A stretch of DNA of 64,000 nucleotides, taken from positions 2,656,001 to 2,720,000 of the forward strand of contig NZ_JAQNDL010000003.1 of NCBI RefSeq assembly GCF_028368995.1, written 5' to 3'. The position numbers were made by a program, and so were the translations under genes. Of the stretch, positions 35,096 to 44,652 are shown in pieces (within the stretch, counting starts at the first letter, position 1; the number at the start of each line of letters is the position of its first letter). The notes under the pieces were generated by a model. The model ran no database searches. It saw nothing but the letters and a program-made list of their open reading frames with translations, and had not been told where the DNA came from. This DNA comes from Nannocystis bainbridge. GTDB lineage: Bacteria; Myxococcota_A; Polyangia; Nannocystales; Nannocystaceae.

Positions 35096-36742
35096 TCACC
35101 TGGCCTTTCGAGCAGCTTGCCTGTCCTCGCGGACGGCGCTGTTGTGGAGCGGGTTGGCGCGGCCGGAGCTGTCGGCGTCGGCCTGCCAGCGCGGCACCCA
35201 CCGCCGCACGCAGCGGGCCGCGTGCTCGCCGGGGAACAGCTCGGCGAACAGCGAGCGGTAAAGGTAGCCCTCCTTGGTGGTCGGCGTCTCGTGCGGGAAC
35301 CGGCGCCCGGCCTCGGCCAGATGCAGGTCCGAGACCGTCGCCTCGGCGTGGGCCTTGAGGCGCTCGACCCAGCCGTAGCCGACCCCGTCGGAGAACTGCT
35401 CTTTTTGCCGCCACAGCACCGCCGGCGGCAGCAGCGGGTCGGCCGGATCGGCGAACGCCGCCCGCAGCAGCGCCTTCTCCATCCGCGCCTCGCGCCCGGG
35501 CTCGGCCCGCAGCGGCCGCTTGAGCGCCGGATCGATCGTCATCGCCAGGTCGAGGAAGGCGAGGTCGAGGAACGGCACCCGCGCCTCGACGCCGTGCGCC
35601 ATCGTGCTCTTGTCGGCGCGCAGGACGTCGCTGAGGTGGAGGTTCTTGACCCGCTCGACCGTCTCGCGGAAAAACGCCTCCTCGCCCTCGGCGAAGTAGA
35701 AGTAGAGGTAACCGCCGAACACCTCGTCGGAGCCCTCGCCCGACAGCACCACCTTGACCCCCTGGTCCTTGATGTAGCGGCTGAGGCAATACATCGGGAT
35801 GCTCGCCCGCACCGTCGGGATGTCATACGATTCGGTGTGCCAGACGATGTCGCGCAGCGCCGCGACGCCCTCGTCGAGGTCGAGCCGGACCTCGTGGTGG
35901 TCGGTGCCGACGAACGCCGCCACGTCCCGCGCCGCCCGCAGGTCCGGCGAGTCGCCGTCGACCCCGATCGCGAACGACATCAGGCGCGCGTCCGGGTCGC
36001 GCCGCCGCGCCAGTCGGGCCGCCAGCGCCGCCACCAGGCTCGAGTCGAGCCCGCCCGACAGCAGCACCCCGAGCGGCACGTCGCTCATCAGCCGCTTGTC
36101 GACCGCCGCCTCGAACCGCTCGCGCAGGCCGGCGGCGTCGCGCCGGTAATCCGCCTGTCCTTCGAGCCATGTCCGCTCGTACCAGCGGCGCAGCCCGCCG
36201 CGGCGGGTGTAGACGTGGCCGGGCGGGAACACCTCGAACCACTCGCACTCGCCGGCCAGGACCTTGAGCTCGGACGCGAACCACAGGTTGCCGGCGCGGT
36301 CGCGGCCGTAGTAGAGCGGCTTTACGCCGATCGGGTCGCGCGCGACCAGCCAGTCGTCGTCGCGCAGGGCCGCCAGCGCGAACACGCCGTCGAGCTTGTC
36401 GACGAACGCGTCGCCCTGGGCCTCGAACAGGTGGGCCAGGACCTCGCTGTCGGAGCCGGTGCGGAACACCCGCCCCGCCGCCTGCAGCCCGGCGCGCAGG
36501 GCGGCGTGGTTGTAGATCTCGCCGTTGTGGACCACGGCGGCGCCGTCGCGCCCGAACAGCGGCTGCCGGCCCGAGGCCGGGTCCATGATCGAAAGCCGCC
36601 GGTGCAGCAGCGCGCCGACCCCCGGCAAGTAGTGCCTCCCGTGCCCGTCCGGGCCTCGGTGCGTCAGCCGCTCGCTCGCGGCTGTCGCTCGCGAGAGGAT
36701 CGCGTCATCGACGGCCCCGAAGACCGCGAGGATTCCACACAT
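35096..36742 (-). CDS. asnB: Asparagine synthetase B family glutamine-dependent amidotransferase
   Basis: MCGI (Cys1), HRGPD, HNGEIYN, LLSGGLDSS, SGEGSDE, EARVPFLD and RQKEQFSDGVG. Confidence 0.92.
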   Translation of the reverse strand: MCGILAVFGAVDDAILSRATAASERLTHRGPDGHGRHYLPGVGALLHRRLSIMDPASGRQPLFGRDGAAVVHNGEIYNHAALRAGLQAAGRVFRTGSDSEVLAHLFEAQGDAFVDKLDGVFALAALRDDDWLVARDPIGVKPLYYGRDRAGNLWFASELKVLAGECEWFEVFPPGHVYTRRGGLRRWYERTWLEGQADYRRDAAGLRERFEAAVDKRLMSDVPLGVLLSGGLDSSLVAALAARLARRRDPDARLMSFAIGVDGDSPDLRAARDVAAFVGTDHHEVRLDLDEGVAALRDIVWHTESYDIPTVRASIPMYCLSRYIKDQGVKVVLSGEGSDEVFGGYLYFYFAEGEEAFFRETVERVKNLHLSDVLRADKSTMAHGVEARVPFLDLAFLDLAMTIDPALKRPLRAEPGREARMEKALLRAAFADPADPLLPPAVLWRQKEQFSDGVGYGWVERLKAHAEATVSDLHLAEAGRRFPHETPTTKEGYLYRSLFAELFPGEHAARCVRRWVPRWQADADSSGRANPLHNSAVREDRQAARKAR

Positions 36743-36870
36743 GCGTCGTTCTCCCTCCGCCGGGCCGCCGCCCGCGCAGGGGCCGGTTATAACGCCCCCG
36801 CGCCCCCGCGGCAACCGACGATCTCGCTCACATGTCCCTCGGGACAGATTCATGAATCTCCTCGGTCGCA

Positions 36871-36935
36871 TTACGCACGCGTAACGCCAATCGTGATTGT
36901 AATGAACGTCGGTTCGTCAATCGCATTGCGCGCAA
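36871..36935. promoter_or_regulatory. Candidate operator palindromes in the divergent asnB/kamA-like promoter region
   Basis: TTACGC-AC-GCGTAA at 36871-36884 and TTGCGCGCAA at 36926-36935, in an AT-rich stretch. Confidence 0.35.
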
Positions 36936-37124
36936 AATTCCGGCGATTGATCCTTGCGGTGGCATCAGGCCCCATGTTAAGTTGCTGCTCAATCAGCGCA
37001 CAGCGGCGGCAGCGCGCCGGCGGACAGATCGTGCGGACTCTCGTGCGGCGTCTCGCCCGCGCCCGGCCGGCGCCTCATCCGCCCGATCGGCGAATCGCAC
37101 GGTCGGGCTCGCTCGGAGGATCCG

Positions 37125-38501
37125 ATGCCGGACGGCGCATTGAATCTGGGGACCTATCGCGCCTTCACGGCGCGCGACATCGACGTGATCCCGCAATTGC
37201 GCGGCCTGCCCGAGGAGGCGCGGCTGCGCCTGCGGGCGGTCGCGCAGGTGCTGCCGTTCCGCGTCAACGCCTACGTGCTCGAGCAATTGATCGATTGGTC
37301 GCGGGTCCCTGACGACCCGATGTATCAATTGACGATCCCGCAGGCGGAGATGCTGCACGAGGCCGACGTGAGCGCGTTGGTCGACCTGCTGCGCCGCGGC
37401 GACGACGCGGCGGTGCAGGCGCGGGCGCGGACGATCCAGCGGGCCATGAACCCGCACCCGGCCGGCCAGGTCGACCTCAACGTGCCGATCGAGGCCGGCG
37501 TCGAGCAGCGCGGGCTGCAGCACAAGTACCGCCAGACGGTACTGTTCTTCCCGGCGCAGGGCCAGACGTGCCACGCGTACTGTACGTATTGCTTCCGCTG
37601 GGCCCAGTTCGTCGGCCTCGACGACCTCAAGTTCGCCACGCGCGAGGCCGACTCGCTGGTCGAGTACCTCCGGCGTCACCCCGAGGTCAGCGACGTGCTG
37701 TTCACCGGCGGCGACCCGCTGGTGATGCGCACCAGCGTGCTGCGGCGCTACGTCGAGCCGCTGCTCAAGGCCGACCTGCCGAACCTGGCTCACATCCGCT
37801 TCGGCACCAAGGCGCTGGCGTACTGGCCGGCCCGCTTCCTCACCGACCCCGACGCCGACGACCTGCTGCGCCTGTTCGGCGAGATCGAGGCCGCGGGCAA
37901 GCACGTGGCCGTGATGGCCCACTACAGCCACCCGCGCGAGCTGGCGACGCCGGCCGCGGCGCGGGCGCTGCAGCGGGTGCGCGAGGCGGGCGCCGTCGTG
38001 CGCTGTCAGGCGCCGCTCATCCGCCACGTCAACGACGACCCCGACGTGTGGGCCGAGCTGTGGCGCACGCAGGTCCGCCACGGAGCTGTCCCTTATTACA
38101 TGTTCGTCGAGCGCGACACGGGCCCCAAGGAGTACTTCAAGGTCCCGCTGGACCGCGCGCTGAACATCTACCAGGGCGCCTACCGCCAGCTCTCGGGCCT
38201 GTGTCGCAGCGTGCGGGGGCCTTCCATGTCAGCGACGCCAGGAAAGATCCTCCTTGATGGCGTGACCGAAATTGACGGTCGTCGCTACTTTGTCCTACGT
38301 GTACTCCAAGGGCGCAACCCGGAGTGGGTGGGGCGCATCTTCTTCGCCGAATACGACCCCGACGCCGCGTGGCTGGACGAGCTCCGACCCGCATTCGGGG
38401 CATCCGAGTTCTTCTATACGGCTGAGCTCGCTGATCTGCGCCTTCGTCGCGCCGACCTGCGGCTGAGCGTGATCGGCGGTTCACATGCGGTCACCACGTG
38501 A
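37125..38501 (+). CDS. KamA-family radical SAM/PLP 2,3-aminomutase-like protein
   Basis: CHAYCTYC, HKY..TVL, FTGGDPL, PYYMF and PGK (putative PLP lysine). Confidence 0.88.
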   Translation: MPDGALNLGTYRAFTARDIDVIPQLRGLPEEARLRLRAVAQVLPFRVNAYVLEQLIDWSRVPDDPMYQLTIPQAEMLHEADVSALVDLLRRGDDAAVQARARTIQRAMNPHPAGQVDLNVPIEAGVEQRGLQHKYRQTVLFFPAQGQTCHAYCTYCFRWAQFVGLDDLKFATREADSLVEYLRRHPEVSDVLFTGGDPLVMRTSVLRRYVEPLLKADLPNLAHIRFGTKALAYWPARFLTDPDADDLLRLFGEIEAAGKHVAVMAHYSHPRELATPAAARALQRVREAGAVVRCQAPLIRHVNDDPDVWAELWRTQVRHGAVPYYMFVERDTGPKEYFKVPLDRALNIYQGAYRQLSGLCRSVRGPSMSATPGKILLDGVTEIDGRRYFVLRVLQGRNPEWVGRIFFAEYDPDAAWLDELRPAFGASEFFYTAELADLRLRRADLRLSVIGGSHAVTT

Positions 38502-38574
38502 GCACAGCCGGAAATCTCGGCGTTGACGCCTCCAGCCCCTTGCCGCACCATCGAAGACCCCCTGGATTTGACCG

Positions 38575-38877
38575 ATGAGTGAGCTCATGCCCGAGAACCC
38601 AGATGGCTGGACCTTCCTGACCAATCACGCGCACGTCTTGCTGTGCCTGGCGCAAGACCCCGAGATTCGTCTGTGCGATGTCGCCGCCGAAGTCGGCCTG
38701 ACCGAGCGTGGTGTCCAGCGAATCGTGAAAGAGTTGGCGACCTCAGGGTACATCACCCGCGAGCGCAACGGCCGGCGCAACCGTTACTTGGTGCATCAGC
38801 GCCAGCCCCTGCGCCGAACCATCGCCCGCCACCGCCAGGTCGGTGATTTGCTGCAGCTGATCGTCCAGGCGCGGTGA
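38575..38877 (+). CDS. Small winged-HTH transcriptional regulator
   Basis: WTFLTNHAHVL...VGLTERGVQRIV.EL...GYI.R.R.GRRN.Y pattern. Confidence 0.85.
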   Translation: MSELMPENPDGWTFLTNHAHVLLCLAQDPEIRLCDVAAEVGLTERGVQRIVKELATSGYITRERNGRRNRYLVHQRQPLRRTIARHRQVGDLLQLIVQAR

Positions 38878-39096
38878 GCCGCGGCGATCGCTCGCCGGGC
38901 GAGGCGCCGCCGATTCATGACTCCGGCTTCGGCATCGCCCATGTCCCATCAGACAGGTGCTGACGACGCCGAGGGCCGCTCCCGAGCTCCCGCTCACGGA
39001 GCGCCCGACGGGCCTCGCAGCCCTCCGCGCCCGGCTCGCCGCGGCCGCCTGCACCGGTGCGCGGCGGCGGCAGGTTCGCCCTGAGGGCTCGGCCGA

Positions 39097-40797
39097 TCAG
39101 CCGGGCGGGTTGGGGTTGATCTTGCCGGTGCCGGTGCCGCCCAGATACGCGTACGAGTCGTGCTGGTCGTAGCCGACGATGATGACCTGGAACGGTGAGT
39201 CGCCGCCGTCGAACACGTGCACGCCGTCAGGGCAGGTGATGCGCGCGACCTCGTAGCCGCTGGCGCCGACGGGGTTGAACTCGGCGTCGGAGATCGGGAC
39301 ACCATCCATGGTGATCGGGGCGCCGACCGGGCGGGTGATGACGGCGACGTCGGTGATCCAGGTGCCGGGCACGAGGACGACGTAGCGCGGCAGGTACTGC
39401 TCGACGGGCGCCATCTGCACCATCGCCGGGTCGCCGATCGAGCTGCCGAACGCCTCGGCGCCGACCATGTAGCCGTAGACGGCGATCGGCTTGTCGGCGA
39501 TGACCTCGAAGTCACCAGGCTCGGTCGCCGGCCCGGTGGCGTAGAACTCGCTCATCTGGTTGGCGTTGAGCACGAAGTTGGTCGCGGGGATGCCCGAGAC
39601 CCCCGGGTCGGCGTGGATGGTGACGTTGGTGTTCGGCTCGGAGGCGTAGATCTGCCACAGCGTGTTCTCGGGCGCGCCGGGGCTGCGGATCGGCATGCGC
39701 GAGGCGATGAAGTGCTTGCCCCACTGGCGCACGCCGGCCAGCTGCTCCTCCATGTGATCGCAGCAGCAGGTCGACTCGGGGATGAGCGCGCACTCCTGGC
39801 CGGCGAACACGGCGACGGGGTGATTCTCGTTGCTGTTGATCTTGGTGCCGGTCATGCTGTCGGGGATCGACTGCACGGCGACCGACAGCACGTCGCCCTC
39901 GTTGAGCGGGATCACGAACGGCGCCCCCGGAGCCCCCTGCGGCACGCTCGGGCCGGCCGCGGTCACGACGCTGGGCTCGACCTGGACCATGGTCCCGTCG
40001 ACGGTGGCGATGACGGTCACGTAGCTGTGCTGAAAGCCGTTGGTGTTGTCGTACATCGATTTCCACGCGGTCACGCGATTGATCGTGTCGAGCGCGGCCG
40101 CGGGGTACAGCATCGCCGCGTCCGAGAGGTACGAGGAGGCGCCGTCGACCGGGTTGAACTGATAGGCGACGACCGGGACGTCGGAGGTGACGCGATACGA
40201 GCCGCCCGGGTTGACGCCGGAGTCGTCGATGTGACGGTCGGGCAAGTTGAAGGTGTGCAGCGACAGCGGACCGACCGGCTGCGGCCCGCCGACAGTGGTC
40301 CACACCCCGCCGTTCTTGACCTCGACGACGACGTTGGCGCTGGCCGCCAGCTGGACGTTGGCGACGGCGATCGCGTACTGCGAGGTCTCGACCGAGTCGT
40401 GCGAGTCCATGTCGACGGCGTAGAAGCGACAGCCCACGGTGCTCTTGCCGGCGCTCGCCTGCTCGCACGTCTCGGGGATGATCGGCCCGTCGTCCGGCCC
40501 GCCGAAATCGGGCTGCATCTCGTTGCCGAAGTCGAACTTCGGGGTCGTGTCGCTGCTCACCGAGGTGGCGTCGGTCGGCGCGGTGGGGCTGGTCGTGCCG
40601 GCGGTGGTCGTGGGGTTGCTGGTCCCGGACTCGGTGCCGGGCTCGTCGGTGGTCGGGCTGCCCGTCGGGCCGATGCTGGCGATCGACGACACCCCGGTGA
40701 CCGGGAGGGTGGTCTCGCCGCGGCCCGAGTCGCCGCAAGCAGCGAGCAGGAGCAGGAGCGAGCCGAGAGGAGCGAGCCGCGGAGAGACGATGTGCAT
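39097..40797 (-). CDS. IgGFc-binding-domain lipoprotein
   Basis: LAAC lipobox, Thr-rich linker, VAYQFNP, SDA.ML.P, CCCDHMEEQ, GDPAM and SYAYLGG. Confidence 0.85.
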   Translation of the reverse strand: MHIVSPRLAPLGSLLLLLAACGDSGRGETTLPVTGVSSIASIGPTGSPTTDEPGTESGTSNPTTTAGTTSPTAPTDATSVSSDTTPKFDFGNEMQPDFGGPDDGPIIPETCEQASAGKSTVGCRFYAVDMDSHDSVETSQYAIAVANVQLAASANVVVEVKNGGVWTTVGGPQPVGPLSLHTFNLPDRHIDDSGVNPGGSYRVTSDVPVVAYQFNPVDGASSYLSDAAMLYPAAALDTINRVTAWKSMYDNTNGFQHSYVTVIATVDGTMVQVEPSVVTAAGPSVPQGAPGAPFVIPLNEGDVLSVAVQSIPDSMTGTKINSNENHPVAVFAGQECALIPESTCCCDHMEEQLAGVRQWGKHFIASRMPIRSPGAPENTLWQIYASEPNTNVTIHADPGVSGIPATNFVLNANQMSEFYATGPATEPGDFEVIADKPIAVYGYMVGAEAFGSSIGDPAMVQMAPVEQYLPRYVVLVPGTWITDVAVITRPVGAPITMDGVPISDAEFNPVGASGYEVARITCPDGVHVFDGGDSPFQVIIVGYDQHDSYAYLGGTGTGKINPNPPG

Positions 40798-41224
40798 GCG
40801 AGACACCTCGAGCAGAGGCTCACGATAGGACCCACACCCACCCGCGCGGCGCACCACGGACGCGAGTTCTCACACGGTCATCACGGCCCCGCTCGCGTAC
40901 GACGACGGGGCATGACCCATCGCTCGCGCGGGCTCCTCCCCATCGCCCCGGCGGGCGCCACAGGCGGTCTCAAGGGCGATCGGGCCGCGAATTCGCGGAC
41001 GACGACCGGCGCGAGCGCGAGGGCCACGGTCCCCGCTCCGACGACCGCGAGCGCGCCCACGAGCACTCCGATCACGCATTCGAGTTCGACCTCGTCGATC
41101 GCGCGCGACAGGCCCGCGAACGACGCGACCGCGGCGATCACCGCCACAGGGCGAATGCGCGCCGGTCACGAGCGCTGAACCCCGGCCGCTGCACCGCGCG
41201 ACGCTGACGCCCGGCGCCGAGGAC

Positions 41225-41294
41225 TGGTCGTCACGACATGTCCTATTTAACATGCTCAAAAGGGCATGTCATCATGAACATGTCCTATGTGCCA
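41225..41294. repeat. Phased 5 x 14-bp degenerate array
   Basis: TGGTCGTCACGACA|TGTCCTATTTAACA|TGCTCAAAAGGGCA|TGTCATCATGAACA|TGTCCTATGTGCCA. Confidence 0.8.
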
Positions 41295-41299
41295 GTCAA

Positions 41300-41833
41300 T
41301 CAGGAATCACGCGGCGAGCCGCGGGCCGGCGATCGCGTCAGGCTGTAATAGCGGTGCGGCAGGTCGGCGCGGTCGAACTCGAATCGATAGATCAGCCCGG
41401 CCAGCTCGAGCACGCGGCGCGAGCCGAGGTTCTCGGTCCAGGTGAATCCACACACCTCGGGCAGACCGAGCTCGCCCAGGGCCAGCTCGACCAGCGCGCG
41501 CGCGACCTCGGTGGCCAGCCCGCGGCGCCACACCGCCGGCGCGAATCCATAGAGGATCTCGACGCTGTCGCGACCGCCCGCGTCGGTCGGCGCCAGGCCG
41601 GCGTAGCCGCACGCGACGTCGCCCTCGCGCAGGGTGTAGACGCCGAAGCCGTGGCTGTGCCACATCGCCACCAGGCGATCGATCTTCGCGTCGATCTGCG
41701 CCAGCGTGCGCGGGCCGCCGAGCGTGCGCACGACCTCGGGCTCCTGCCACAGCGCGCGGTACAGCGGGCGGTCCGCGGCGGTGATGCGCGCCCCGTGCAG
41801 GCGCGCCGTGGTCAGCGTCGCGGGCGCGGTCAT
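41300..41833 (-). CDS. GNAT family N-acetyltransferase (RimJ/RimL-like)
   Basis: LTTARL, EILYGF....WRRGLATE and ENLGSRRVLE motifs; ATGA overlap with the sirtuin stop. Confidence 0.88.
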   Translation of the reverse strand: MTAPATLTTARLHGARITAADRPLYRALWQEPEVVRTLGGPRTLAQIDAKIDRLVAMWHSHGFGVYTLREGDVACGYAGLAPTDAGGRDSVEILYGFAPAVWRRGLATEVARALVELALGELGLPEVCGFTWTENLGSRRVLELAGLIYRFEFDRADLPHRYYSLTRSPARGSPRDS

Positions 41834-42552
41834 GCCAGCAGCTCGGCGTCGCCGTCGGCGAGGCGGGTCAGCATCTCGGTCGCCGGCCCGCGCAGGTGGA
41901 GCTCGTAGAGCTCCGAGGCCGGCGTCTCGTCGGGGTTGATCTCCACCCGCCTGGCCCCGGCCTTGCGCGCGTACTCGGGCAAGTACGCGGCGGGGTAGAC
42001 CACCGCCGAGGTGCCGATCGAGACGAACAGATCGCAGGCGGCGATCGCCGCCTGGGCCGCGTCGAGGGTCGGCTCGTGGAGATAGTCGCCGAACCACACG
42101 ATGTCGGGCCGCCACCAGCCGCCGCAACCGTCGCACCGCAGCACCTCGCGGACCACGTGGCCGTCCTGCTGCTTGACGCCGCACGTGTCGCAGCGGACCC
42201 GCCACAGGTTGCCGTGGAGCTCGAGGATCTCGCTGCTGCCGGCGAGCGCGTGCAGACCGTCGATGTTCTGGGTGACGACGGTGACGCGAGCGGAGCGCCG
42301 CCCGCTGCGCGCGACGATCTGGTGGCCGAGGTTGGGCGCGCAGCGGGCGACCAGACCGCGGCGGTAGTTGTGAAACTCCCACACCGCCTCGGGATCGCGG
42401 ACGAACGCCTCCTGACAGGCATACCGACGATAGTCGTACTCCTTCCAAATCCCGCCGGCGCCGCGATAGGTGGGCACGCCGCTCTCTGCAGACATGCCTG
42501 CCCCTGTGAAGAAGACGATCCGGCTGAAATCGCGCAATCGAGAGGTCGACAT
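41830..42552 (-). CDS. cobB: NAD-dependent protein deacylase (CobB-type sirtuin)
   Basis: TGAGMSAESGVPTYRG, TQNIDGLH, ELHG, two CxxC, RPDIVWFG, GTSAVVYPAA and EINP. Confidence 0.9.
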   Translation of the reverse strand: MSTSRLRDFSRIVFFTGAGMSAESGVPTYRGAGGIWKEYDYRRYACQEAFVRDPEAVWEFHNYRRGLVARCAPNLGHQIVARSGRRSARVTVVTQNIDGLHALAGSSEILELHGNLWRVRCDTCGVKQQDGHVVREVLRCDGCGGWWRPDIVWFGDYLHEPTLDAAQAAIAACDLFVSIGTSAVVYPAAYLPEYARKAGARRVEINPDETPASELYELHLRGPATEMLTRLADGDAELLA

Positions 42553-43362
42553 CGCGAGGATGGTATCGGCGCCCGGGTCGTCGCGCGAGGCCGATTGTTT
42601 CCGATGCAGCAACCCGACAGTGCTGCGATCGGCCTCGTGCCCCCACCGATGATTGCGTGTCATCCGGCGATCTACAGGGTAGACTGCTGATGCGAGCGCC
42701 GTCGGGAAGCTGCTGAGTCTGCCGACACGCCTGCGCCGGGATGGACCGGCTCTCGCGGCCCGTTCCGGCATCTCGCCGCGCTCGGCGCCGGTCCGGGCCG
42801 GAATTCGCCGGAGATTCTCCCGAGCTGCATCTGCGGCGGGTTCGCCGTGCGCGCGGTGTTTCACCGCCCGTCGACCGGCCATTCGCAGCGCGAAGCTGTT
42901 TTGCGAGCTGCTTCGATTTGGTCGTTCGCGCCATCACGACCGGGCCGGGTAGCGTTCGCACAGCGTTCGCACAAGGACGACGGGCGCGCGCCCGCGGCCG
43001 GGCCGTCGGCAGGCTCTCCGACCCCACCTGGCGGATCTCGCTTCCGGCCGTCTGGCTGCGCTTGCGGGCAGCTTTCTCTGGCCGACGGCGTTCACGCAGG
43101 GGCTGCACGGTGGTCTGCAGCCCCTGTTCAATGTCCGTCCAGACATGTTCGAACAGACATGCAGCAGACTGCGCAGGACAATGTGCTGATGATAACACCG
43201 TATGTACGATGATACGTGCGTCGCACCGACCCAGGGCGGAAGCGACCGCCATGTCTGCGCGATCGCAAGGACCGATGTTCACCAATCGCGGGGGGGCTGG
43301 TCAGCGCGGAGCGTGGTCAGTACCCTGGATTTTGGCCCGCTCGGCGGGTCGGAGTAGCTGCG

Positions 43363-44247
43363 ATGAACGACATCAGCGCCTCGAACCCCCCGGAGTCCGA
43401 CAGCGAGATCCAGGCCCTGCGGCGGCGGGTGGCCGAGCTGGAGCAGAACATCGCGGCCCTCGAGCAGGAGCGGGACGTGTTCAAGCACGTCGTGCAGCAC
43501 GCCCCCGCCTTCATCTCGCGGCTCACCCCGGACGGGCGGACCATCTACGCCAACGCCACCTGCGAGCGGATCGTCGGCAAGACCTCCGAACAGATCGCGG
43601 GCACCAACACCATGCCGCTGCTGTACCCCGGCGACCTTTACCCGGCGGTCGAGGAGTACTTCAAGATCGCGGCCGAGGGCGGCGACGTCAGCGACTACGA
43701 GCTGACGATTCAGTCGCACACCGGCGAGCGGCGGACCCTGGCGTGGAACTCCTATCACCGCTACGGACCCGACGGCACCCTCCAGGAGGTGGTCTCGTTC
43801 GGGGTCGACGTCACCGACCGCAAGCGCGACGAGAACGAGCGCCGGCGGCTGCAGGAGGAGATCATCGCGGTACAGGCGGCCACGCTCGCCGAGCTCTCGA
43901 CGCCCCTCATCCCGATCAGCGCCAAGATCGTCGCCATGCCGCTGATCGGCTCGATCGACCCGGCGCGGGCCCAGCGGATCATCGAGACCCTGCTCGCCGG
44001 CATCAGCGAGGCCCGGGCGAGCACGGCGATCCTCGACATCACCGGCGTGGCCGTGGTCGACACCCAGGTCGCCGACTCGCTGATGCGGGCCGCTCGCGCG
44101 GTGAAGCTGCTCGGGGCCGAGGTCATCCTCACGGGCATTCGCCCGGACGTCGCTCAGACCTTGGTCCACCTCGGCACCAATCTCGACGGCATCGTGACTC
44201 GCGCCACCCTGCAGAGCGGCATCGCCTTCGCCATGCAGCAAGGCTGA
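43363..44247 (+). CDS. RsbR-like PAS-STAS protein
   Basis: Coiled coil, PAS, then STAS (LSTPLIPI, MPLIGSID, ILDITGV, LTGIRP). Confidence 0.88.
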   Translation: MNDISASNPPESDSEIQALRRRVAELEQNIAALEQERDVFKHVVQHAPAFISRLTPDGRTIYANATCERIVGKTSEQIAGTNTMPLLYPGDLYPAVEEYFKIAAEGGDVSDYELTIQSHTGERRTLAWNSYHRYGPDGTLQEVVSFGVDVTDRKRDENERRRLQEEIIAVQAATLAELSTPLIPISAKIVAMPLIGSIDPARAQRIIETLLAGISEARASTAILDITGVAVVDTQVADSLMRAARAVKLLGAEVILTGIRPDVAQTLVHLGTNLDGIVTRATLQSGIAFAMQQG

Positions 44248-44534
44248 CGCAGCCGTCGGCGCAAATCGCCATTGGGTGACCCCACCCCCGGTGATTCGCG
44301 GGCGCGAATCGCCGCGGAACGTCGTACGAGCATTCGGCCGCGCGCGCCCGCCGGGCGGCGTGCGGCCGCCTCCACGCCGCCGCGCCGGGGTGAGACCGAT
44401 GTGAGGCGTTCGCCGCTGGTGTGGTGATTGCCGCAGCGGCCCGAGTGAATGCACTTCGATGCGATAGAAACAAGTGGCAAAAGTGCTCGTCCACGGTTCG
44501 CTCGCCCGCTCGCGGCGGGGAGTTCGCGTGCGAA

Positions 44535-44592
44535 GCAAAATTGTCCATGATTAAATCATAGCAGTCTATATAATCAGGATAGCGATCAAAAC
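44535..44592. promoter_or_regulatory. AT-rich promoter/operator upstream of the NRPS-like gene
   Basis: Inverted repeat ATGATT-A-AATCAT at 44547-44559, with TATAAT nearby. Confidence 0.5.
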
Positions 44593-44652
44593 CGCTGGGA
44601 CGGCCGTGGCCTGCACGCGCCGCCGTGACCGCGATTTGCCGGAGGACTGAGC

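Noticed and set aside
37125-38501. Call as EpmB or canonical lysine 2,3-aminomutase (kamA)
   Set aside because: There is no efp/epmA or lysine-fermentation context, and the acidic lysine-binding residues appear to be replaced.
40870-41259. Small ORFs (40870-41259 and 40881-41147) between the IgGFc-binding and GNAT genes
   Set aside because: No recognisable motif or convincing start; left unannotated.
41300-43285. 661-aa GNAT fusion protein
   Set aside because: The upstream part is an off-frame reading of cobB and intergenic DNA; the GNAT starts at 41833.
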